This document shows positions 19,917 through 29,664 of a DNA stretch of 64,000 nt, in pieces. Both the position numbers and the translations under genes were made by a program. The notes below the pieces were generated by a model. The model had not been told where the DNA came from and made no database searches. It saw nothing but the letters and a program-made list of their open reading frames with translations. The number at the start of each line of letters is the position of its first letter. Position 1 is the stretch's first letter. The DNA is from Patescibacteria group bacterium (GTDB lineage Bacteria > Patescibacteriota > Microgenomatia > Daviesbacterales > UBA10151), in contig JBBTSA010000010.1 of the NCBI GenBank assembly GCA_038064895.1, positions 118,616 to 182,615 on the forward strand. The letters are read 5' to 3'.

Positions 19917-21367
19917 ATCTTGCAATAAATCAGTTGATAGTAAAGAGGATCTTTCTCCATTTTTTCCCTCATAACTTTCTTATATCCTTCAAATTGATAG
20001 GGCTGAAAAATGTATTGAATGTGCGGTTCCTTAAGTAAAACTTCATTTTTGCAGAATTCATCCATATTAAAATTACCAAAGTAGGGAAAAGTCTGAACAG
20101 CATTCATGGTATAGTACTTACCTGACTCTCCGCCTTTAAAAAAATGCCAAACTAGTTCAGGATCGGGATTTTCACTATCCCAATAATTAACAAAAAGAGT
20201 ATCTTCAATCTCATATTTATCATATTTTACATCTAAATAACTTCTGGCTGTTTGTTTAAATTGTGCCGGGTAGATAAGACTTTTATATGCTAAAAATCTT
20301 GGCAAATGGTTAAGAAAAGTAATTATAAGTATAATACCTAGGGCAAATGAATATATTCTTTTGCTAAAAACCCTTTCTAAAAGTAGTCCACTAAATCCTA
20401 AAGTTAAAAGATACAGCGGCCTAACAGTTCTACCAAATAAAACATGTTTTTGTAAAATATGAGAAAAAGTCTCTAAGATTAAAAGTACAAGCATTAAGTA
20501 AATAGCAAAAAATAATATTTTCTTCCTACTCTTAATCAAAAATATTCCGGGGAAAATAATTAGAATAAGAAGCAAATTCCAATAGCCATCAACTGCAAGA
20601 ATATATTCTCCTATATAAGATGCTGCCGGCATATAATCTCCTTGTTGAATAGCGGTTACTCCACCTGATTGATCTTTTAATGATTGAAGATATGAGGTAC
20701 TACTGCCAATACTTACGGATAAAAATTGAGTTGTAATAATAATCAGTGATATCCCAATTATAAAATGTAGCGCACTCTTAAGAGACCTGTTATACAAAAT
20801 TAATATAAACGGAATTGGAATAAGGTAGTAGTAATAACTAGGATAAGTTAAAAAAGAAAGTCCTGCAAACAGACCAAAAAGTAATGATTTTTGAAAATAT
20901 ACATATAAAAATAATCCTATTAACAGAAGTAGTAACGCTAAATCATAAGGTAAGGTGTGTCTTATATAGATAAGGGGTGCTATTGAAAAAGTTAATATCA
21001 GCGTAGTGACAATTGCTGCTTTAAGATTTTGAATTTTTTTAACAATAAAAAAAACTAATATTAGAAGCAGTGAATTAATTATCAGGTTGTAAGATAAAGC
21101 AAAAGGAATATTTGGATTTTGCAACTCTAGAAAAGCTGGTGGATAATAAAATAAACCCGCTCCCGGCCTGGCATCTATATTAAAAAGCTGCTTAAGGGGC
21201 AACAAATAATTTCCTAATTTATATGCTTCATCTAAATTAGCAATCAATAAGGGATAACGTGACTCGTCTGCCCAGAACCCAACAGCATCTTTATTGAAGA
21301 TTAGCAAACGAGTGAAAAAAATTATCACTACCAAAATAAATATTAACCAGTAGCGCGATCTTATCAT
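19913..21367 (-). CDS. ArnT/PMT-like GT-C membrane glycosyltransferase
   Basis: TM1 followed by WADE acidic pair, about 11 TM segments, soluble C-terminal domain. Confidence 0.75.
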   Translation of the reverse strand: MIRSRYWLIFILVVIIFFTRLLIFNKDAVGFWADESRYPLLIANLDEAYKLGNYLLPLKQLFNIDARPGAGLFYYPPAFLELQNPNIPFALSYNLIINSLLLILVFFIVKKIQNLKAAIVTTLILTFSIAPLIYIRHTLPYDLALLLLLIGLFLYVYFQKSLLFGLFAGLSFLTYPSYYYYLIPIPFILILYNRSLKSALHFIIGISLIIITTQFLSVSIGSSTSYLQSLKDQSGGVTAIQQGDYMPAASYIGEYILAVDGYWNLLLILIIFPGIFLIKSRKKILFFAIYLMLVLLILETFSHILQKHVLFGRTVRPLYLLTLGFSGLLLERVFSKRIYSFALGIILIITFLNHLPRFLAYKSLIYPAQFKQTARSYLDVKYDKYEIEDTLFVNYWDSENPDPELVWHFFKGGESGKYYTMNAVQTFPYFGNFNMDEFCKNEVLLKEPHIQYIFQPYQFEGYKKVMREKMEKDPLYYQLIYCKI

Positions 21368-22950
21368 TGATTCAGTGATGCCTCTACCCTTTGTTTCACA
21401 TCGTCTTTAATATCCAGAACTTTTTCCCCCTCAACTTTTAAGGCGAAAATCCTACCCCAAATATCAGGTTCCTCCTTTTCAGATAAGCTTTTTTCTACAT
21501 AAGAAACTAATTCTCCATATGTTATTATTGGAGGTGCCAGTAAACTGTTAAAAGCAATTAATTCCTTTGTGTCAAATGTTGAAGGTTTAGTATCAATTTT
21601 ATAAACAGCTAGTGTATGAGGGATAAATCCGTCATTAACAGTATAAATTGCCCTAGCAGTGCCATCGGTTTCAAAGTAAAATACATTCATTTTTTCTTTA
21701 CTTAAACTGGATTCTGGAACAACTTGAGGAATTTGTCTCCATATTTTCGTCATAAATGGACCGTTTCTTTGATTTGATAATTCATTTAAAAAAAAGTATG
21801 TAGTAATGGAATGAATTAAAATCAATAATATCATCGAACTGACAATAATTTTCTTAAATCTAGTTTTTTTTGTTAAAGAAACAAGAACTGCCATTGTAAT
21901 AACAAAACCTATGAAGGGAGGCATCAAATACCGCATTGTTGAAGGTAATGGAGGAGACTCTGTATGACCATTATATGTGTATATTAAAAAATATAATGTA
22001 AAAAAGAGTAGTGTCCATAAAATAAAAGAAGATAAAAGATGAAAATCTTTGCTTTTTTTCTTTACTATGTATATAGAAATTATTACAAAGCTAACTATTA
22101 AAGCAATTCCAAAAATTTGTGAGATAGTACCACTTCTATCAATAACGCTTGGGAAAATAATATTACCTAAACCTGCTAGATAGTTTGTAATAATCTTAAA
22201 CTCTAAGCTCACCCAGCTTACTAAAAAAGAAGTAGCGTCTGAAGCAAATCGACTAACTTCACTAATTTTACCTTCAACTGCCCCCAGACTATACCAGGCA
22301 AAAATACCTATTTTATACAGTAATATAAAAATCACAAGTACTATAGTTTGTCTTATTAGAAAAGGTTTTACCTTATTTTTTTCAAAATGTAATAACAGTC
22401 TGGTACTATCGACAATAAATGCCCAAGCATATACTGGAAAAACTCTAAAGGATGCAATAGAAGTAGCAAGCAGTAGTGCTATCCCCATAGGTAATAAGTA
22501 TATATAAGAAAATTTTTCTTGTATCTTGAAAAAAGTAATTAGAAAAATTGTTAATACAAACATTGAAATATATGAAATCATATTCATTACTTCATAAGTA
22601 TTTTGAAGCCCGGCAAAGGATACTGAAAAAAATAAGCCTCCTAAAAATGAGGCTAAACGATCTTTAGTTAAAGTGTAAATAAACACCAGAATAGTAAAGG
22701 CAAGCAGGTTTCTAAAAATAAAAGATAAAATATAGTAGGATAAAAAATCTGGGCCCAGAAAGGTGTATAAAGTATCCATAAACCAAACCGGACTGGTATA
22801 AGTTGAAGTTCTAATATCTGCATAATCAGTTTTTGGCAAAACTACGCCGCGCCAATCCTCATCTTCGAAAGCCAGATTAAAAGAAGGAAATAATACTATA
22901 AAAGAAATAATTATTATTGAAATAAAGGACAAAAAGTAAAATTTTAACAC
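21364..22950 (-). CDS. GT-C-like membrane protein (family B, short form)
   Basis: GTG start at 22950 (TAGTG coupling). NLAFEDEDW, RYL, VFYFE, IFALK..DIK. Confidence 0.75.
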   Translation of the reverse strand: MLKFYFLSFISIIIISFIVLFPSFNLAFEDEDWRGVVLPKTDYADIRTSTYTSPVWFMDTLYTFLGPDFLSYYILSFIFRNLLAFTILVFIYTLTKDRLASFLGGLFFSVSFAGLQNTYEVMNMISYISMFVLTIFLITFFKIQEKFSYIYLLPMGIALLLATSIASFRVFPVYAWAFIVDSTRLLLHFEKNKVKPFLIRQTIVLVIFILLYKIGIFAWYSLGAVEGKISEVSRFASDATSFLVSWVSLEFKIITNYLAGLGNIIFPSVIDRSGTISQIFGIALIVSFVIISIYIVKKKSKDFHLLSSFILWTLLFFTLYFLIYTYNGHTESPPLPSTMRYLMPPFIGFVITMAVLVSLTKKTRFKKIIVSSMILLILIHSITTYFFLNELSNQRNGPFMTKIWRQIPQVVPESSLSKEKMNVFYFETDGTARAIYTVNDGFIPHTLAVYKIDTKPSTFDTKELIAFNSLLAPPIITYGELVSYVEKSLSEKEEPDIWGRIFALKVEGEKVLDIKDDVKQRVEASLNQ

Positions 22951-23657
22951 TATTTCTGGATAGTGTACCACAACCTTAATATTCCAAAAAGTGATTTGAT
23001 GGCAACGAGCAAACTTGTTCCTTTGGCTTTTCCGCCTTTTCGCCCTCGCCAATTGATTGGAACTTCTACAAAAGAATATTTTTGTTTCATTGCCTTACTT
23101 ATAACTTCAGGTAAAAACATTGCACTTCTATCTTCGCTTTCAATTTCAATTGATTGAACAACTCTCTCCCGCCACAAAGAAACCGTAGAAAATTCTCTAA
23201 GGTTTATTCTAAGAAGTTTTCGATTTAGGAATAAATATGGTAGATGGAAAATTATTGCCTTTATTTTTCTACTAACGCGCTCCTCGTTTGAAACTCTGTA
23301 CCCTGTTGCAACATCATGTCCCCGAATTGCTTCTATAAACTTAGGCAGCTCACTAAAATCAAATTGTCCGTCGGCAGGAGCAAGAAAAATCCAGTGTTTA
23401 TGAGCAGATGCAAAAGCAGTTTTCATTGCTCCGGTAAATCCTTTATTCTTTTTATGATGATGAGCGAAAACTTTTTTACTGTGGGCTAACTTATCAATAA
23501 TTTTTCCGGTATTATCTGTTGAGCCATCATTAACCAGTACTATTTCATAATCTACTTTTAGTTTTTTTAAAATTAAAGTCGCATCTCTAACTACATCTTT
23601 AATTGTCTCTTCTTCATTGAAAGCGGGGATAACTACAGAAATGGAGTCAGTTTTCAT
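22950..23657 (-). CDS. DPM1/ArnC-like GT2 (polyprenol-phosphate sugar synthase)
   Basis: SVVIPAFNEE, NDGSTD, NKGF, PADGQF, EVPINWRGR. Confidence 0.88.
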   Translation of the reverse strand: MKTDSISVVIPAFNEEETIKDVVRDATLILKKLKVDYEIVLVNDGSTDNTGKIIDKLAHSKKVFAHHHKKNKGFTGAMKTAFASAHKHWIFLAPADGQFDFSELPKFIEAIRGHDVATGYRVSNEERVSRKIKAIIFHLPYLFLNRKLLRINLREFSTVSLWRERVVQSIEIESEDRSAMFLPEVISKAMKQKYSFVEVPINWRGRKGGKAKGTSLLVAIKSLFGILRLWYTIQK

Positions 23658-24595
23658 CTTACTATACCAAGTGTTCCCTTTATAGAGGAAAAGATTTTAC
23701 TGGCCGGTAATTTTTTTCCTTCTACCTCTATCTCTTCTATTTTCAAACTGCCATCACCGGTTAAAACTTCCACCCATCCCTGCCCTACCGCTACAACTCT
23801 TCCCGGAATTCTACCAACGAAGTTTCGTGGAGAATCAGTAAATGAAGCCTTTTGTATAATAATTTTTCTCCCTTCATAGATTGTAAATGCTCCTGGATAA
23901 GGATCAGACAATGCTCGTATCAGATTATAAATATCTTTCGCAGGTCTAGTCCAGAAAATCTCACCGTCATCTGGAGTACGGAAGCAAGTATAGGTTGCTT
24001 CTTTTTCATTTTGTTTTATTCTCGAAGCACTTCCCCTTTTTATATCCTCCAAATAATCTATAAGAATTTCTACTGATGCGGTTTTGGTCTTTTGATAAAG
24101 CGTAAAACCAGTATCAGTTGATCCAATAGGTATTTTTCTTTGTGCTATTATATCACCGGAATCTATACCCTCATCCAGATAAAACAATGTCACCCCACTC
24201 ATCTTTTCACCATTTATAATGGCCCAATTAATCGGCGCAAATCCTCTGTATTTGGGCAAGAGTGATTCATGCACTGCCACAACTCCCCTTTTGGGAATTT
24301 TTAATACTTCAGAGGGTATTATGGTTCTCCATCCCATCACAATAATAAGTAATGGTTTTAAATTTTTTAAGAGATTAATATCAGTTACACTCTTAATAGT
24401 TTTAGTAACTTTAACCGGAATTGAGTGTTTCTTGGCTAAAGCTACGATCTGTTTAGAATATTTTTCTTTCTCATGATCATCTTCTTCCAAACAAAAAATA
24501 TAAGGTAACTTTTCACCTTTTTCTATAAGGGCTTTTATGCACTTAAGTCCCCTATCCCTTCCGCCGATAAAAACTATATTTTCATCCTTTTGCAT
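23654..24595 (-). CDS. Nucleotide-sugar N-formyltransferase (Fmt/ArnA N-terminal-like)
   Basis: HESLLPKYRG, DEGIDSGDI, RALSDPYPGA. Lies directly downstream of an aminotransferase. Confidence 0.88.
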   Translation of the reverse strand: MQKDENIVFIGGRDRGLKCIKALIEKGEKLPYIFCLEEDDHEKEKYSKQIVALAKKHSIPVKVTKTIKSVTDINLLKNLKPLLIIVMGWRTIIPSEVLKIPKRGVVAVHESLLPKYRGFAPINWAIINGEKMSGVTLFYLDEGIDSGDIIAQRKIPIGSTDTGFTLYQKTKTASVEILIDYLEDIKRGSASRIKQNEKEATYTCFRTPDDGEIFWTRPAKDIYNLIRALSDPYPGAFTIYEGRKIIIQKASFTDSPRNFVGRIPGRVVAVGQGWVEVLTGDGSLKIEEIEVEGKKLPASKIFSSIKGTLGIVR

Positions 24596-24596
24596 A

Positions 24597-25784
24597 TTAA
24601 CCTTCCGCATACTCTAATATTTTACTTATTATAAAGTCTTGCTGTTTAGCTGTCATATTAAAATATAGTGGGATTGTTAAAGTTTGCTTTGTTGCCGCTT
24701 CTGTTTCTGCAAGTGCAAGTCTAGGGTACATTTTCCTATAAGGAGTTTCTAAATGGGCTGCCATTACACCAATTCTTGTAGAAATACCTGCATTTAACAG
24801 CTTTTGCATCAGCACATCTCTTGTTATTTTCCCATTGGGTTGCAAACGAATAATATAAGACTGGAAATTATGAATGTAACCCTCTGGGATAAAAGGCGCA
24901 GTTATATTTTTACTCGTAGAAAAAACTTTCGTGTAATATCTTGCAATCTGTACTCTCTTTTTCAAAATCACTTTCAATTTTTTCATTTGCTCAACTCCAA
25001 TTGCAGCTTGAATATCTGACATACGGAAATTATATCCAATAACAGGGTAGTTTTCTTTAATAACTTTACTTGCTTTGTGGCGCACTACATCTGATACTGA
25101 CATACCTTGATGTCTCAAAATTCTTAATTTTTCTGCCAACTTTTTACTGTTTGTTAAAATCATACCTCCTTCCCCTGTTGTTATAGCTTTTCTTGGATGA
25201 AAACTAAAACAAGCTACTTCTCCAAAACTTCCAATCATCTTTCCCTTATAAGGAAACCTTGTAAGCTCATCTTGAAAGAAGTTTCCTTTCAAGCTTCGCT
25301 TATAAACACTCCCTAAAGCGCATGCAGCATCTTCAATTACATGCAGTCTGTATTTTTTGGCAATTTTAAAGATTTTATCGTAATCAGCAGGTAATCCTAC
25401 CTGATCAACAGGAATAATGGCTTTTGTTTTTTTTGTAATAGCCTTTGCAATTTCTTTTGGATCAATATTGTAAGTTTTTGGATCAATATCTACAAAGACA
25501 GGTGTAGCTCCTGCATGTACTACCACATTTGCCGTAGCAATAAATGAAAAAGACGGTACAATTACTTCATCTCCGCGACCTATTCCTAAAGCATGCAAAC
25601 ATAAAAAAAGAGCTGTTGTTGCCGAGGTTGTGGCAACAGCATATTTTGCTCCAACATATTTTCTTACTGCCTCCTCAAACTCTTCAACTTTCGGCCCTTG
25701 AGTAACCCACCCCGATCTAATTACCTTAGCAACTGCATTTTCCTCGGATTTATCAAAATATGGCTTTGTTAATGGAATCCTCAT
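24597..25784 (-). CDS. DegT/DnrJ/EryC1/StrS aminotransferase (ArnB/Per-like) with an 18-aa insertion
   Basis: SGWVTQGP, EDAACALG, FSFHPRKAITTGEGG (PLP Lys), GYNFRMSD. TAATG coupling at 25784. Confidence 0.92.
   Translation of the reverse strand: MRIPLTKPYFDKSEENAVAKVIRSGWVTQGPKVEEFEEAVRKYVGAKYAVATTSATTALFLCLHALGIGRGDEVIVPSFSFIATANVVVHAGATPVFVDIDPKTYNIDPKEIAKAITKKTKAIIPVDQVGLPADYDKIFKIAKKYRLHVIEDAACALGSVYKRSLKGNFFQDELTRFPYKGKMIGSFGEVACFSFHPRKAITTGEGGMILTNSKKLAEKLRILRHQGMSVSDVVRHKASKVIKENYPVIGYNFRMSDIQAAIGVEQMKKLKVILKKRVQIARYYTKVFSTSKNITAPFIPEGYIHNFQSYIIRLQPNGKITRDVLMQKLLNAGISTRIGVMAAHLETPYRKMYPRLALAETEAATKQTLTIPLYFNMTAKQQDFIISKILEYAEG
25245..25305. repeat. In-frame 54-bp palindromic insertion flanked by a 7-bp direct repeat (CTTATAA)
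   Basis: CTTATAA at 25245-25251 and 25299-25305. Internal inverted repeat CTTGAAAG-N7-CTTTCAAG. Removing 54 bp restores the consensus VYKGK. Confidence 0.8.
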
Positions 25785-26755
25785 TACCAATTTTTCTCCT
25801 GATAAAATTTAAGAGCCTTTTTCGGATTGGGCATAAACTTTTTAAACCAATCTAAGTATCTTTGAACACCCCCTGTTATATCAATTCCTGCTTTAAAACC
25901 TAAATCTTTTCCTGCCTTCCTTGTATCAGCGAAATGTCTTATAACATCACCTGGACGAGGATCTAAATGTTGAATTGGTACATCTACTTGGCATATTTTT
26001 AAAACAATTTTAGCCAAATCCGATATTGATACTTCCTGGCCATGCCCGATATTATAAGCTTGACCTAATGTACCTTTCTCAAAAACTGAATAAATACCCC
26101 GGGTAACATCTGTCACAAATGTAAAATCCCTTGTTTGTTTACCATTTCCAAAAATTTGTAGCGATAGTCCATTTAAAGCTCGCACAATAAACCTTGGTAT
26201 TACTTCCCCATACGGACCCTCAAAGTGCTCATTATATCCATAAGTGTTAAATGGTCTAACCACCACAATAGGATATTTGTAGGTTCTAAAATAAGCTTGG
26301 CAGTAAAGCTCTCCGGCTAATTTACTGGCTCCATAAATAGTCGTGGGGCTGGTTGGGTGATTTTCAGACATAGGTACAGTTTCGGCACTCCCATAGATCT
26401 CTGATGAAGAGATGTACACGAATTTGGGGATTTTATTGATAAAAGCTGCGTCTAAAACTGATAAAGTTCCAGTTGAATTGACATCATGCACCAACCAAGG
26501 ATCCTTTATAGATTTTCTAACACATTGGACAGCTAGATGAAAGACTACATCTGCCTTATTTATAACTTTCTTCATCTGCATTTTATCAAAAACACTGACT
26601 TCGATAATTTTTAGATTTTTATCATTCGGTAAGTTTTCTTTTTTACCAATAGAGAAATCATCAATAACAACTACTGACCATCCTTTCCTCAATAGAAAAG
26701 TAGTCAAATTGCTTCCAATAAAACCAGCTCCTCCTGTTATAACTGCTTTAGACAT
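25784..26755 (-). CDS. NAD-dependent nucleotide-sugar epimerase/dehydratase (extended SDR)
   Basis: TGGAGFIG, SSSEIYG, YGASK, RPFNTYG, QTRDF. Confidence 0.92.
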   Translation of the reverse strand: MSKAVITGGAGFIGSNLTTFLLRKGWSVVVIDDFSIGKKENLPNDKNLKIIEVSVFDKMQMKKVINKADVVFHLAVQCVRKSIKDPWLVHDVNSTGTLSVLDAAFINKIPKFVYISSSEIYGSAETVPMSENHPTSPTTIYGASKLAGELYCQAYFRTYKYPIVVVRPFNTYGYNEHFEGPYGEVIPRFIVRALNGLSLQIFGNGKQTRDFTFVTDVTRGIYSVFEKGTLGQAYNIGHGQEVSISDLAKIVLKICQVDVPIQHLDPRPGDVIRHFADTRKAGKDLGFKAGIDITGGVQRYLDWFKKFMPNPKKALKFYQEKNW

Positions 26756-26756
26756 T

Positions 26757-27866
26757 TTATTTATTTCCTTTGAAAAATTTTTGTATTAGAGAACATATAT
26801 ATTCTATTTCCTCTGTCCTTAATCCAGGATACATGGGAAGTGAAATAATTTCTTTTGCATACAGTTCTGTAATAGGAAACGCTCCCTTTTTATAGTCAAG
26901 ATCATTAAGGGATTTCTGCATATGGATAGGAATCGGATAATGAATTCCACAAAAAACACCTTTCCTTTTTAGATACTCTAATAAGACGTCTCTTTTTTTG
27001 CTCCTCACAACAAAGAGATGGTAGTTAGAAACAGTACCATCTCTTTCTTTTGGTAGAACAAGAGGCAAACCCTCTAATAACTCCTTATAAAGAGTGGCTA
27101 GTCCCCTCCTTTGTTTATTCCATGTATCCAAATATCTAAGCTTTGCCCTTAGAATGGCTGCCTGAAGAGTATCTAGCCTGCTATTGTAGCCTCTTTCGGT
27201 ATGATGATATTTCTTTTGCTGTCCCATATTACGGAGCACTTTTATCCTTTGGGCTAAATCTTTATTATTTGTAACTACTGCTCCTCCATCTCCCGCAGCT
27301 CCTAAATTTTTGGCAGGATAGAAAGAAAAAGCGGCCATATCGCCAAATGAACCGCATTTCTTTCCGTTTAACATTGAGCCATGGGCTTGACATGCATCTT
27401 CCAAAACAAACAAATTGTGGCTACGGGCAATTTTCATTATTTTATCCATTGGAGCAGGGATTCCATAAAGATGAACAGGAATTATAACTTTAGTTTTTTT
27501 ACTTATTGCTTTTTCCAAAACCTTGGGGTCCATTTGGTAAGTTTCAGAGTCAATTTCCGAAAGTACTGGTTTTGCTCCAAGTATAACGATTGGGAAAACA
27601 GTAGCCACAAAAGTATTGGGGACAGTTATAACTTCATCCCCTGCTCCTACTCCCATGGCATGAAGCGAAAGCAAAATTGCATCTGTACCGGAGGCTACAC
27701 CAACGCAATATTTAACTTTGCAAAACCTGGCAAATTCTTTCTCAAATTTTTCAACTTCCTCACCCAATATAAAATCTCCTTTTGAAAAAATTTTATAAAG
27801 TGAGTCATCAATCTTTAATTTAATCTTTTGGTATTGATAAGAAAGATCAACTAAAGGAATTGGCAT
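26757..27866 (-). CDS. DegT-family aminotransferase (WbpE/FdtB-like, C-3 amino sugar)
   Basis: VASGTDA, EDACQAHG, SFYPAKNLGAAGDGG, GYNSRLD, IHYPIP. Confidence 0.92.
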   Translation of the reverse strand: MPIPLVDLSYQYQKIKLKIDDSLYKIFSKGDFILGEEVEKFEKEFARFCKVKYCVGVASGTDAILLSLHAMGVGAGDEVITVPNTFVATVFPIVILGAKPVLSEIDSETYQMDPKVLEKAISKKTKVIIPVHLYGIPAPMDKIMKIARSHNLFVLEDACQAHGSMLNGKKCGSFGDMAAFSFYPAKNLGAAGDGGAVVTNNKDLAQRIKVLRNMGQQKKYHHTERGYNSRLDTLQAAILRAKLRYLDTWNKQRRGLATLYKELLEGLPLVLPKERDGTVSNYHLFVVRSKKRDVLLEYLKRKGVFCGIHYPIPIHMQKSLNDLDYKKGAFPITELYAKEIISLPMYPGLRTEEIEYICSLIQKFFKGNK

Positions 27867-28869
27867 CTTTAACTTTTGTCCCTTTCTTTAATGAATTACT
27901 GGCAGTTTCTAAAATTTTAATAATCTCTGATCCAAATCTTCCATCACTCCTCAAAACTTTCCTGCTGGTAATAGAAACAACAAAACTTTTCGCCATCAAA
28001 CTTAATGGCTCAACAATATCTATTTTTGGCAGCCAGACATCACCAGTTCTATAGCCAATTTTAATTTGTTCAATACTTCTTGCCGGATGATCTAAAGTTA
28101 CACCTTTATCATAAACCCTTATCTTTTCTGCCGGGGCAGTGTCTTCATCATAGACAATCATTTTTTTTGTCCCAGTAATTAACATACGCCTTACTTTTAC
28201 CGGAGAAATCCAACTAACGTGAATGTGGGCAAAAATATCTTCGGGATAAGAGGCTGTAATGTATGCAACCTCTACCTGGTTGTTGAAATGTGACTTACCA
28301 ATTGTACTAACTTGTTTCGGTTGAGTTCCCAAAATATACTGAATGATGGAAAAATCATGAGCAGCCAAATCGAAAATAACATTTATATCTTTTTGAAAAA
28401 GACCAAGGTTTGTGCGGGTTGAGTCAATATATAAGATTTTTCCTATTTCACCCTTATCAATTAACTCCTTTATCTTAATTACTGCCGGATTGAACAAAAA
28501 AGTATGGTCTACCATAAGTATTCTTCCTCTTTTTTTGGCAAGTTGGACTAAAATTTTTGCCTGCTGTAATGTTTGGACCATAGGTTTTTCAACCAAAACA
28601 TCTTTCCCCCCGTTAAGAGCTGCTACTGCTAAATCAAAATGAGTGCTGGTGGGGGTTGCTAAAATGACTGCATCAATTGACTCATCATCAAGAATTTCAT
28701 TATAGTTTTGTGTAGTTAACATATGAGGGAACTTTCTTTTGATCTCTTGCAATTTTTCTAAATCTATATCACAGCAATAACGAATGTTGCAATTTGGGAT
28801 ATTAATAAAATTCCTAAGCAAATTTGGACCCCAATATCCAAAGCCTATAAGAGCCAAATTTTTTGTCAT
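27847..28869 (-). CDS. Gfo/Idh/MocA oxidoreductase (WbpB-like)
   Basis: GFGYWG, VEKP, DLAAHD. Confidence 0.9.
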   Translation of the reverse strand: MTKNLALIGFGYWGPNLLRNFINIPNCNIRYCCDIDLEKLQEIKRKFPHMLTTQNYNEILDDESIDAVILATPTSTHFDLAVAALNGGKDVLVEKPMVQTLQQAKILVQLAKKRGRILMVDHTFLFNPAVIKIKELIDKGEIGKILYIDSTRTNLGLFQKDINVIFDLAAHDFSIIQYILGTQPKQVSTIGKSHFNNQVEVAYITASYPEDIFAHIHVSWISPVKVRRMLITGTKKMIVYDEDTAPAEKIRVYDKGVTLDHPARSIEQIKIGYRTGDVWLPKIDIVEPLSLMAKSFVVSITSRKVLRSDGRFGSEIIKILETASNSLKKGTKVKDANSFS

Positions 28870-28875
28870 GCTGGA

Positions 28876-28895
28876 AGTTTAGCATATGTTATAAT
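28876..28895. promoter_or_regulatory. Back-to-back extended -10 promoters (leaderless type)
   Basis: Plus strand TGTTATAAT (28887-28895) lies 7 nt before ATG 28903. Minus strand TGCTAAACT (28876-28884) lies 6 nt before ATG 28869. Confidence 0.7.
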
Positions 28896-28902
28896 TTTTT
28901 TC

Positions 28903-29664
28903 ATGATAGAGGTCATAGCTCACAGGGGTAATTTTTTACCTGAAGGACCTATTCCAGAAGTTCAAAATAAATATATAGTTGCGGAAAATACCCTTGAAGC
29001 TTTTGAAAGAGCTTTTAACAATGGGTGGGGCGTAGAAACTGATGTAAGAATATGGGAAGATGGAAATTTTGTACTTATTCACGATGCTGATGCTGCCCGA
29101 ATTTCAAAGTATCATAAATTTAAAATTCCTACTCTGGATGAACTTTGTCAACTAGCCAAAGGTGCCTTCATAGCATTTCAGATAAAGCGTAGCTCTGATC
29201 CAAAAAGCGGAGTTGAAGTTGGTAGAGCTGTTGCAAAAATGATGCAGCAATATAATTTGCAAGAAAGCATTTTATTCGATGCTACCTTAGAAGAAGCTCA
29301 AATTTTAAGCCAAGAATTTCCCTGGCTTAATTTATCAATTTCAGTTGGTGAAAAAAATTATACTCCTACCATTTATACTCCGTATCAAGCATTGACAACC
29401 CAGTTTACTTCTGTATATACCTCTGTATGGACGGATGAATGGAAGATTCCCGGATCTATTTACAATGAGCTGCTATTTAAAAAGTTAAGAGCTGCATATC
29501 CAGGAAGAATTGACGTTATCTCTCCTGAACTGCACTACAATGAGGACCATCCGTTCTCGAAAGATTTAGAAAAGCTAAAAAAGCTTTGGAGGGAGATTGT
29601 CAGTTGGGATCTGGCTGATGGAATCTGTACTGATTATCCGACCCAGTTAAATACTATTTTGTAG
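28903..29664 (+). CDS. Glycerophosphodiester phosphodiesterase (GDPD)-like protein
   Basis: IAHRG..ENT, VETDV, IHD, SPELH, GICTDYP. Confidence 0.85.
   Translation: MIEVIAHRGNFLPEGPIPEVQNKYIVAENTLEAFERAFNNGWGVETDVRIWEDGNFVLIHDADAARISKYHKFKIPTLDELCQLAKGAFIAFQIKRSSDPKSGVEVGRAVAKMMQQYNLQESILFDATLEEAQILSQEFPWLNLSISVGEKNYTPTIYTPYQALTTQFTSVYTSVWTDEWKIPGSIYNELLFKKLRAAYPGRIDVISPELHYNEDHPFSKDLEKLKKLWREIVSWDLADGICTDYPTQLNTIL

Noticed and set aside
22951-23052. Long N-terminal extensions in track ORFs (21364..23052, 30424..31350, 35442, 11991/12040, 54628)
   Set aside because: They create long overlaps. Internal starts coincide with stop/start coupling, upstream -10 boxes and paralog N-termini.
23654-24595. 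Housekeeping methionyl-tRNA formyltransferase (fmt)
   Set aside because: It lacks the typical FMGTP N-terminus and lies between a sugar aminotransferase and a GT2; sugar formyltransferase is the better call.
25252-25298. Hammerhead-ribozyme-like words (GAAAC, GAUGAG) in the DegT insertion
   Set aside because: The CUGANGA core is absent (AAGAUGA) and the stem geometry does not fit a hammerhead.
28922-28942. Short imperfect hairpin (CAGGGGTAA-TTTT-TTACCTG) and extended loop near the start of the GDPD gene
   Set aside because: There is no flanking duplication and the stem is weak, so it is compatible with chance.
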